Positions 54,261 to 64,000 of a stretch of DNA of 64,000 bases are shown here, one piece after another. Below the pieces are notes generated by a model, which made no database searches, was not told where the DNA came from, and saw only the letters and a list, made by a program, of their open reading frames with translations. The stretch is from Balanoglossus misakiensis (taxonomy: Eukaryota > Animalia > Hemichordata). The position numbers and the translations under genes are program-made. Location: assembly GCA_040954595.2 (NCBI GenBank), contig CM082580.2:3834783-3898782 (forward strand), read 5' to 3'. How positions within the stretch are numbered: the stretch's first letter is position 1; every line of letters begins with the position of its first letter.

Positions 54261-56471
54261 ATGGCGGAAGGCGTTTCGAAGCATCTGGACGGAATCGACG
54301 AGAATTTTCTCGTCTGTGGCATTTGTTCCGAGAGATACACGGATGCCAAAAATCTGACCTGTCTACACAGCTTCTGCCAGGAGTGTCTCGGTAAGCTGGT
54401 CGAGAAAACGGGTAAATTGGAATGTCCGATCTGTCGTCGACCACACGAGATCCCGGCTGGGGGAGTGGCCTGCCTGCCCGCGAATTTCTTCGCGAATGAT
54501 TTGGTCGAACAGTTCAGAAAGCGTGAAGAGAAGTCGAGAGGAGCGAGAAAATGTGAAGGGTGTGAGGAATCAGACAGTGCAATGGTGTGTGTCGAGTGCG
54601 CCATGGAGCTCTGTAAAACGTGTACACGGACACATAGAAGAGTAGCCATGACGAAGTCCCATCACCTGATGTCCCTGGACGAATACCACAGTACAAAGTT
54701 GAACGACCCGGCCAAAGTACAGCCACCCATGCACTGCATCCGTCACGAAGCCAACCACCTGAAATTTTACTGCGATACGTGCGAGTCCGCCATATGCCTG
54801 GAATGCACGGCTGTCGACCATCGGGGGCACAAATATCGTTACTTGGAAGACGCCGCGGTCGGCTACAAAAAGGACTTGACCGAGATTGCAGGGAAGCTGA
54901 CATCGAAAGAGACAGAAGCACGCGACATCAGAAATCAAGTCGAGCAGACGTCGCGCTCCCTGCTTGACCGTTATCGCACCGAAGAAAAGAAAGTGAAAGA
55001 GCACACGGAAAAGACGATAGAAGACGCTACAGCCCGAATCAGAGAAAGTGGCGAGAAGATTGCAACGGAACTGAAAGAGGTGTACGACAGCAGAAACACC
55101 AACTTGCAGGCACAACTGAAGGAACTGGAAGGTACCGAAAGTGACCTGACCTATGCGAGGGAACTTGCAGAGAACTTGATGCAATACGGCAATGCGGCAC
55201 AGTTTATGTCGGCGAAGAAAGGCATGACGTCACAGATGCAAGAACTGATGACCGTGGACATGAAAAGCGAACCCGTGGAAGACGACTTCATCGAGTTTCG
55301 ATCATTTGAGAAATTCTTCAAAGACCAACGCCTCGGTGTGTTGATCACCGACAACGTCAAATACGAACTCGGTGAGGTTCCGGAAACTGTGAGAGTCGGG
55401 GATGAGATCCGCGTTACCGTGAAGAGAAACGCTAAATGTTCACCTGACGGTAAACTTGGCGCCATTAAAGCTGTTATCAAGGCACCAGACGACAGAACTG
55501 CAAATATGATGCAAACAGAGAATAAAGATGGAAGTTTCACGCTGACAAGTGAAGGCAAACTGGAAGGGCGGTATGAAATATCAGTGTCGGTTGAAGAGAC
55601 ACCTGTGGATGGCACGCCGATCAGAGTTACAGCGATTCCACAGAAAGGTTTAATCAGAACGATCGGAGAGATAGGAAGAGGCGATGGGCAGCTGTATTAT
55701 CCGCATGGCGTTACGATGACAATGAATCGCCATGTACTCGTGTGCGACTTCGGCAACAACCGATTGCAGGAATTCTCTGTGTACGGCCAGCATCGTAGAA
55801 CCATACCATTCACCAACATCACTGGAACGGTGACACCAAGATTTGCATGCGTGGCAGATGACGGCACCGTATTTGTCACGGATAGTAAGAATAAACGTGT
55901 GGTTGTCTGTGATGAAGATGGCAAAGTTATCAGATGTTTCGGCGAAGGAGACCTGAGTCATCCTCAGGGTATCGTGATTAATCCCATCAATGGGAGAGTC
56001 TATGTGCTTGATTGGACTTCCTGCAATGTGAAGATATACAACCAAGACGGGAAGTTGCTGAAATCCTTCGGAGGTAAAGGGTCGGAACCAGGTCAGTTGA
56101 AACACCCATATGGTTTGAACGCAGACAAGGAAGGCAACATCCTGATCCCAGACACTCACAACCACCGCGTACAGGTATTCAATGCCGATGGAGACTATCA
56201 ACACTCCTTCGGCACAAAAGGCAGCGGCGATGGACAGCTGAACAGACCGGAAGATGTGGTGCAAGACAGAGTTGGAAATCTCATTGTAAGTGAGTGTAGT
56301 AATAAGAGAGTTCAGAAATTTGACATCAACGGCAAATTTCTATACCGAGTGGACAAACAGGAAGATTCTCTGTCAGGCCCAATAGGCCTGTGTTTCATCA
56401 ACGACGGGTTGTTTGGCAGAATTCTGGTCGCAGACACTGACAACCATTGCATCAAAGTTTTCGCGGACTAA
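54261..56471 (+). CDS. TRIM-NHL protein, copy 2
   Basis: Intact 736-aa ORF with the same architecture as copy 1. Confidence 0.93.
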   Translation: MAEGVSKHLDGIDENFLVCGICSERYTDAKNLTCLHSFCQECLGKLVEKTGKLECPICRRPHEIPAGGVACLPANFFANDLVEQFRKREEKSRGARKCEGCEESDSAMVCVECAMELCKTCTRTHRRVAMTKSHHLMSLDEYHSTKLNDPAKVQPPMHCIRHEANHLKFYCDTCESAICLECTAVDHRGHKYRYLEDAAVGYKKDLTEIAGKLTSKETEARDIRNQVEQTSRSLLDRYRTEEKKVKEHTEKTIEDATARIRESGEKIATELKEVYDSRNTNLQAQLKELEGTESDLTYARELAENLMQYGNAAQFMSAKKGMTSQMQELMTVDMKSEPVEDDFIEFRSFEKFFKDQRLGVLITDNVKYELGEVPETVRVGDEIRVTVKRNAKCSPDGKLGAIKAVIKAPDDRTANMMQTENKDGSFTLTSEGKLEGRYEISVSVEETPVDGTPIRVTAIPQKGLIRTIGEIGRGDGQLYYPHGVTMTMNRHVLVCDFGNNRLQEFSVYGQHRRTIPFTNITGTVTPRFACVADDGTVFVTDSKNKRVVVCDEDGKVIRCFGEGDLSHPQGIVINPINGRVYVLDWTSCNVKIYNQDGKLLKSFGGKGSEPGQLKHPYGLNADKEGNILIPDTHNHRVQVFNADGDYQHSFGTKGSGDGQLNRPEDVVQDRVGNLIVSECSNKRVQKFDINGKFLYRVDKQEDSLSGPIGLCFINDGLFGRILVADTDNHCIKVFAD

Positions 56472-57425
56472 CCAACTTGATAAGCACGTCGCCAGAGAAA
56501 CGGAAGGAGAATCACGGCGGCTCACAAAACAAACATATCAACGGCCTGACGTCACCTGTTTGTAGTCGACAACGATAATCTCACTGAAAACGTAGGAGCA
56601 GACATGAAAATTCGATATTGTTTCCATGACGTCTGACATAAGGCAGGCTCCAAGACAATCTCAGTGTGCAACATAAGCTTTTATGTATTTTATAGTGATA
56701 CAACGTAACCCTACATTTCACTTAGTTAGTCTGTTTTTATCATCACTAACTGATATTTTCATGGGCGCAATTTTGTATGTGAAAGAGATAAAGTGGATTT
56801 TTAATGTATATCAGCTCTATTTCATGTGAACCGTTGTCCAACAGAACGACATTTACACAGATACCGCCTTATATGCAGAACTTAGTAGTGCCATAAATAG
56901 AAAACGTGTTGTCATCAGTTAACCTGTTTCTATATTGGACTCTCTCACCTGTGCCGTCTTCTGTTATCTTCATTTCATCGATGTCTTCAGCGCGCATGTA
57001 TTCTATGACGTCATCACCAAACCAATCAAGAACGTCAATCATTTTCAGGCGGCGTCGATCAAAAGCCTAAGAAGGAAATAAAAACGATTTTATTTAGTTG
57101 TGTTACACTATAGGCAGTTGCAAGCGTAAATACTAGTAAATTGTAAACGTATGAGCAGTTTGGAAAGATGTACTGTGACTTTTCTCAAATTCTTCCGAAA
57201 GCTGCACTGTATATAGGTTGAAGGTGGCCCAGATGCCATAGGCACGTTATATAAAATTTCGACATTAAAGATAGGAAGTAGCCTTCAGGTAAAGTAACAT
57301 AAAGGTTTTGATTAAAAGTCTGCGGTTTATCCAACAACGGTATTTGTTGTGTGTTTATTTAAAGCGAAACAATTTAATCACCACCACAAAACTTCAAGAT
57401 ATTGCCGTACTATCACACGTGTTGG

Positions 57426-57507
57426 TAGTCTCGGTTACCCAGAGCCCTCTGCACTCCACAAAGAGTGCCCAACGGAAGAAGCAGAGGGGTCTGGGTAACC
57501 GAGACTA
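57426..57507. mobile_element. 82-bp MITE with 9-bp TSD (Mutator-like)
   Basis: TIR tagtctcggttacccaga / tctgggtaaccgagacta; direct repeat acgtgttgg at 57417-57425 and 57508-57516. Confidence 0.8.
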
Positions 57508-60500
57508 ACGTGTTGGCATTATTGAAAAACAAACAAAAAACAATGGCACGTCAGGCACGTTTGCCAGTTTCGCGCTTCGTTTAAATATTTGCGTCATCTC
57601 GAATGTGTGCCACCATCATATCAACTGTCAGCATTAAGTTCAAAAATCCTGTCTAATCGGTGGCACGTCGGTACTTCGCCCTGTGTCTACTGTAGAACGC
57701 GAATGACGAAGTCCCAAATTTGCGGGGCAAAGACTATGCTATTATAATCTGACGGTGATGATAATCTGACGATTAACTGCGAAGTGATCCGTACAAATCC
57801 GTTCTACAGCAATTTCGTTATTTGTTTTGTAATAAGTAACCTTTCGGAGTCGTTTCCAACCATGCTTCTAATTTACTTCACGTCTCCCTTCACCTGCAAG
57901 ACTCTAACGCCGAAAAAAGTAATCTGATAGTACGAATTAAATAATTTACCTCAGAATCACCATTTCCGTATGAATTTCTGAAAAATAAAACAAATACTAA
58001 GATTGCTGCATTGAAAGTGGGCCATGAATATATTGAACTCACCAAAAACATATTTTCTCTCCACTAATACTATATGGGACGGAAATTCATATTGGAATTA
58101 ATCATAGCTGGATATCATTTGGAAGATTACATCTGTATTTTGTGGCGAAATGAATGGTGTCTATAATCCTTGCCTATAGTTTAGGCACTCCCTTACTACT
58201 GGAAATGTTGAAGATAACAGGTCTATCAACATCTAAACACTTCAAGTTGAAAGGATTGGTGGCGTTATATAAAGACAAGTTAAAATTTTAAAGGTGGATT
58301 TACAGACGCGTCTCTGTCACAGGAATATTCGGCACATCATTCCTAAAGTCTTCATACTATAATAAATATGGTGACTGTAATGCCTTGTCCACAATCTATG
58401 AAATGCCACAACTGTGAATTTTTTTGCACAGATTCTGACCACGTGGGATTGTAGTGCAGTTGAGTGAATATGTAAGCAGATTACTTTTAGTAGTAACAAT
58501 ATTCACATGTAGACTTGCTAGTTTCTCCAAAAAAAATCACTGACCTCTTGACCAGCCCCCTGGCACATTTCAAATCGAGGGCGCCCTCCGTGTTTTCGTA
58601 AGAGCAATTATAGAAGAAGCTCACTGACATAAAAAAAGCTTTCTATATACAACTGATTATCGTGCAAATCCATATAAGTTTTAACAACCAATGAGTCTGA
58701 GCTCGAAGTCATTATAGTTTATTTTACTTTTCCTCGGATTAAGATCTCTGACAGAGCTTTGCGGCAGATTAGAAACGTTTCCACATCCTTATTCTGATAA
58801 GGAAACCAGAAATGATGCATATTTGAGGACATACTGACTCATGTTGGCTTATTCTAACCGTTTGGATCACATGATAGACTATACCCGGTATCACTAAAGG
58901 CCGATTCGGCTTTATGATAAAGCTTTACAACAGTTTGAGAATTTCAAAAGTAGTCAAACCAGTAGACGCTGATAGTTGCAGAGTAATCGGTGAACCTATA
59001 ACTTTATCTATGGCCAGTTTAAATGAAATGAAATATAATCAGGCCACGTGATGGTCTGTGTAAACGAAATAAATCGGTGAAAGGTTTTATTTTAAGTCAC
59101 TTTCAAGGGTTTCTTCAAAAGTCCCATTGTACATTGTCCATGAATATTTTGTACAAACGATTCATGTCAACCAGATAATACAAAATGTATGTTATGTAGG
59201 CCTACATGTATATGTAAACAACAAACTCTATACATGTACATGTAGAAATCCTTGCATTAAAATAGTATATGTGCCATGAATTTATTGTAAACAACATCTT
59301 CCATACAATCCAGTAACATAATGCACTTCAATGCGCTTTGGGAGATAGACAGATAGTGAATATTTAAATGTATTCAAAACTCGATGTCCACTAACAATGT
59401 TCATCAGAAAACACTGGTGTTAATGACATTCAAAGATTGTTTGAGAAAGCATTCGTCACAGTTTGTTTGCCTACAAATTGAAGTTTATACACGAAATTAC
59501 CAGCATTCAATATTCAAATATCATAGATTGGTAATAATAATAAAATTTTACAGCTAACCCGGTTATCCGCAGCTGTATACAGACTGACTGTTACTTTTTA
59601 TCTACATTCTGGGGGCATTGCAGGGTTGTTCTTCATTAAGTTTTTGGGATTTTTTTTTTCTTTTGTGTCTTTCTTTTATGGAGTTGTTTCTGGGTTTGTT
59701 TTGTATGTTTTTTTTACAGTATGGGCATACGGCCTGAATTAAAGAATAAATAAAAAAATAAAAAAATATAATTCAAAAGGTCACGTTTGACTGTAACTAC
59801 AAAAGGCCATATAAAAAGGTCAAGTAAAACTATTAAAACGAAATGATTTTCTTGTTTCCTATTATTTCTTCCTTTTGTAAATTTTTGCCATAAAATCAAT
59901 AAATATTTGTTTGTTCAAACTACAGTCAATATTTTCTATGAGCTCCGTTATTGATGTGGAACTGTCTTCTTCAAACTTCAGAAATAGATCTTTCATCTGT
60001 TGTCTTTGTTATCTTTATTTCATCGATGTCTTCACTGCGCATGCATTATATGACGTCATCACCAAACCCATCAAGAGCATCAGTAATTTTCAGGCGGAGA
60101 CAAACCCCTTCAAATTCCACTTTAATTAAAAAAAGAGAGAATACTGTTTGAATCTATCCGGTTTTTTTGTCCAAATATATATTTCCAGAACCCCAAAAGT
60201 ATTCACTGCAGCTTAAAAAAAGGTTTTTACAGCAACCGGGTTTCCGAAACTGCGACCCTTAAAATACCACAAAATGTACCTGCTGCCACGCCCTCTATCT
60301 GCAAGACTTGACCTGTTTAGTGAATACACGGACTCGGATACGTTGTGCAGTTTCTCATTGAAATTCCGAGTATTTTTTGGCTTCCGTCATACATTTTCTG
60401 TTTAGATTCCGAGTAATGGCGTCCTTTGTTAAGGGGCCATTTTGAGACATCGTCTTTCTGAAACAGCGACCCTAACACCACAATATGTACTCTTGCCACG

Positions 60501-61079
60501 CCCTTTAGTTCTGCAAGACTTGACCCGTTTAGCGAATACACTAAACTTGCTCCAAGTCTGTGGGCTTCATTATTTCATAATAAATACATTTAAAAAATTG
60601 TGTTCCGAATTTCTCTATGTACCGTGTGTGGAGTAAAAGTCACCGAGTGTGGGCGTGTATGTACGTCAAGGGAACGCGTAGGCCCATATCCGAAACCAGC
60701 AGCGCAGCCCAGTCCAAAATTCGAAACTAACCTCACTACTAGAAACACGCTCAAAGCAAGCATGCACGTAAAAGGTTTTGAAATTATTTATTAAGACAAA
60801 AAAACACCGCAAACACAAACAAGTATTGAGATTCAAAAATCACCAAGCGACTAGTGGGCTAGTCTACGAATACACGTATATTCGGATACTTGTACTTTAT
60901 CTTTTTAGATTCCGAGTAGTGGAGCCGTTTGTTAATTAACGGGTCATTTTGATCCACGTGATACGGTTTCTTTTTAGATTCCAAGTATTGGTGTACGTGT
61001 GCGTATAGTTCCGTCAAGGGGTCATTTGGAAGACAGGCGTGTAGGCCTATAGGCGTCATTGTTTGCCGTATAGCACAAA

Positions 61080-63290
61080 ATGGCGGAAGGCGTTTCGAAG
61101 CATCTGGACGGAATCGACGAGAATTTTCTCGTCTGTGGCATTTGTTCCGAGAGATACACGGATGCCAAAAATCTGACCTGTCTACACAGCTTCTGCCAGG
61201 AGTGTCTCGGTAAGCTGGTCGAGAAAACGGGTAAATTGGAATGTCCGATCTGTCGTCGACCACACGAGATCCCGGCTGGGGGAGTGGCCTGCCTGCCCGC
61301 GAATTTCTTCGCGAATGATTTGGTCGAGCAGTTCAGAAAGCGTGAAGCAAAGTCGAGGGGCCCGAGAAAATGTGAAGGGTGTGAGGAATCCGACAGTGCA
61401 ATGGTGTGTGTCGAGTGCGCCATGGAGCTCTGTAAAACGTGTACACGGACACATAGAAGAGTAGCCATGACGAAGTCCCATCACCTGATGTCCCTGGACG
61501 AATACCACAGTACAAAGTTGAACGACCCGGCCAAAGTACAGCCACCCATGCACTGCATCCGTCACGAAGCCAACCACCTGAAATTTTACTGCGATACGTG
61601 CGAGTCCGCCATATGCCTGGAATGCACGGCTGTCGACCATCGGGGGCACAAATATCGTTACTTGGAAGACGCCGCGGTCGGCTACAAAAAGGACTTGACC
61701 GAGATTGCAGGGAAGCTGAGATCGAAAGAGACAGAAGCACGCGACATCAGAAATCAAGTAAAGCAGACGTCGCGCTCCCTGCTTGACCGTTATCGCACCG
61801 AAGAAAAGAAAGTGAAAGAGCACACAGAAAAGACGATAGAAGACGCTACAGCCCGAATCAGAGAAAGTGGCGAGAAGATTGCAACGGAACTGAAAGAGGT
61901 GTACGACAGCAGAAACACCAACTTGCAGGCACAACTGAAGGAACTGGAAGGTACCGAAAGTGACCTGACCTATGCCAGGGAACTTGCAGAGAACTTGATG
62001 CAATACGGCAACGCGGCACAGTTGATGTCGGCGAAGAAAGGCATGACGTCACAGATGCAAGAACTGATGACGGTGGACATGAAAAGCGAACCCGTGGAAG
62101 ACGACTTCATCGAGTTTCGGTCATTTGAGAACTTCTTCAAAGACCAACGCCTCGGCGTGTTGATCACCGACAACGTCAAATACAAACTCGGTGAGGTTCC
62201 GGAAACTGTGAGAGTCGGGGATGAGATCCGCGTTACCGTGAAGAGAAACGCTAAATGTTCACCTGACGGTAAACTTGGCGCCATTAAAGCTGTTATCAAG
62301 GCACCAGACGACAGAACTGCAAATATGATGCAAACAGAGAATAAAGATGGAAGTTTCACGCTGACAAGTGAAGGCAAACTGGAAGGGCGGTATGAAATAT
62401 CAGTGTCGGTTGAAGAGACACCTGTGGATGGCACGCCGATCAGAGTTACAGCGATTCCACAGAAGGGTTTAATCAGAACGATCGGGGAGAGAGGAAGAGG
62501 CGATGGGCAGCTGATTGGTCCGTACGGCGTTACGATGACAAGGGATCGCCATGTGCTCGTGTGTGACTCCGGCAACAACCGATTGCAGGAATTCTCTGTG
62601 TACGGCCAGCATCGTAGAACCATACCATTCACCAACATCACTGGAACGGTGACACCAAGATTTGCATGCGTGGCAGATGACGGCACCGTATTTGTCACGG
62701 ATAGTGAGAATGAACGCGTGGTTGTCTGTGATGAAGATGGCAAAGTTATCAGATGTTTCGGCGAGGGAGACCTGAGTAATCCTCAAGGTATCGTGATTAA
62801 TCCCATCAATGGGAGAGTCTATGTGCTTGATTGTATTTCCTGCAATGTGAAGATATACAACCAAGACGGGAAGTTGCTGAAATCCTTCGGAGGTAAAGGG
62901 TCAGGACCAGGTCAGTTGAACTACCCACATGGTTTGAACGCAGACAAGGAAGGCAACATCCTGATCCCAGACACTAACAACCACCGCGTACAGGTATTCA
63001 ATGCCGATGGAGAGTATCAACACTCCTTCGGCACAAAAGGCAGCGGCGATGGACAGCTGTTGACACCGGAAGATGTGGTGCAAGACAGAGATGGAAATCT
63101 CATTGTAAGCGAGTTTAGTAATAAGAGAGTTCAGAAATTTGACATCAACGGCAAATGTCTATACCGAGTGGACAAACAGGAAGATTCTCTGTCAAGCACA
63201 ATAGGCCTGTGTTTCATCAACGACGGGTTGTTTGGCAGAATTCTGGTCGGAGACTATGGCAACGACTGCATCAAAGTTTTCGCGGACTAA
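61080..63290 (+). CDS. TRIM-NHL protein, copy 3
   Basis: Intact 736-aa ORF with the same architecture. Confidence 0.93.
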   Translation: MAEGVSKHLDGIDENFLVCGICSERYTDAKNLTCLHSFCQECLGKLVEKTGKLECPICRRPHEIPAGGVACLPANFFANDLVEQFRKREAKSRGPRKCEGCEESDSAMVCVECAMELCKTCTRTHRRVAMTKSHHLMSLDEYHSTKLNDPAKVQPPMHCIRHEANHLKFYCDTCESAICLECTAVDHRGHKYRYLEDAAVGYKKDLTEIAGKLRSKETEARDIRNQVKQTSRSLLDRYRTEEKKVKEHTEKTIEDATARIRESGEKIATELKEVYDSRNTNLQAQLKELEGTESDLTYARELAENLMQYGNAAQLMSAKKGMTSQMQELMTVDMKSEPVEDDFIEFRSFENFFKDQRLGVLITDNVKYKLGEVPETVRVGDEIRVTVKRNAKCSPDGKLGAIKAVIKAPDDRTANMMQTENKDGSFTLTSEGKLEGRYEISVSVEETPVDGTPIRVTAIPQKGLIRTIGERGRGDGQLIGPYGVTMTRDRHVLVCDSGNNRLQEFSVYGQHRRTIPFTNITGTVTPRFACVADDGTVFVTDSENERVVVCDEDGKVIRCFGEGDLSNPQGIVINPINGRVYVLDCISCNVKIYNQDGKLLKSFGGKGSGPGQLNYPHGLNADKEGNILIPDTNNHRVQVFNADGEYQHSFGTKGSGDGQLLTPEDVVQDRDGNLIVSEFSNKRVQKFDINGKCLYRVDKQEDSLSSTIGLCFINDGLFGRILVGDYGNDCIKVFAD

Positions 63291-64000
63291 CCAACTTGAT
63301 AATAGCACGTCACCAGGGAAACGGAAGGACGGAGAACCACGGCGGCTCACAAAACAAAAAACATCAGCGGCCTGACGTCACCTGTTTGTAGTCGACAACG
63401 ATAATCTCACTGAAAACGTAGGAGCAGACATGCAAATTCGATATTGTTTCCATGACGTCTGACATAAGGCAGACTCCAAGACAATCTCAGTGTGCAACAT
63501 AAGCTGTGTATGTATTTTACATTGATACAACGTAACCCTACATTTCACTTAGTCTGTTTTTATGATCACTAACTGATATTTTCATGGGCGCAATTTTGTA
63601 TGTGAATGAGATAAAGTGGATTTTTAATGTATATCAGCTCTATTTCATGTGAACCGTTGTCCAACAGAACGACATTTACCCAGATATCGCCTTATATGCA
63701 GAACTTTGATATTTAATCTAGTAGTGCCATAAATAGAAAACGTGTTGTCATCAGTTAACCTGTTTCTATTTTGGTCTCTCTCACCTGTGCCGTCTTCTGT
63801 TATCTTCATTTCATCGATGTCTTCAGCGCGCATGTATTCTATGACGTCATCACCAAACCCATCAAGAACGTCAATCATTTCCAGGCGGCGTCGATCAAAA
63901 GCCTGAGAAGAAGAAAAAACGATTTTATTTAGTTGTGTTACACTATAGGCAGTTGCAAGTGCAAATACTAGTAAATTGTAAACGTTAGAGCAGTTTGGAC

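Noticed and set aside
57516-59900. Unique sequence between TRIM copies 2 and 3
   Set aside because: No credible ORF, terminal repeats or RNA gene seen by eye.

Overview
This is eukaryotic, intron-rich, AT-rich genomic DNA from an invertebrate animal; gene content suggests a marine deuterostome such as an acorn worm (inference). Left half (1-37 kb) holds five genes, with exons reconstructed by hand from GT-AG sites and reading-frame continuity: a PhoD-family phosphatase-like gene with altered metal ligands, an uncharacterised WW/Zn-ribbon/CUE-like gene, a C2H2 zinc-finger gene, farnesyl diphosphate synthase (FDPS) and a Gfo/Idh/MocA oxidoreductase with a degenerate Rossmann motif. These are interspersed with MITEs, a HINE/DINE-1-like element and microsatellites. 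Right half (37-64 kb) is a tandem array of three intronless TRIM-NHL genes, nearly identical in RING/B-box/coiled-coil/filamin but hypervariable on the NHL ligand-binding face. Upstream of copy 1 is a 3.6-kb foldback element. At the equivalent site upstream of copy 2 is an intact 6.39-kb PAT-like (DIRS order) tyrosine-recombinase retrotransposon. This element appears to express Gag, Pol and recombinase by splicing one shared leader exon to three alternative terminal exons, and its internal A|B junction forms a loxP/dif-like core site.
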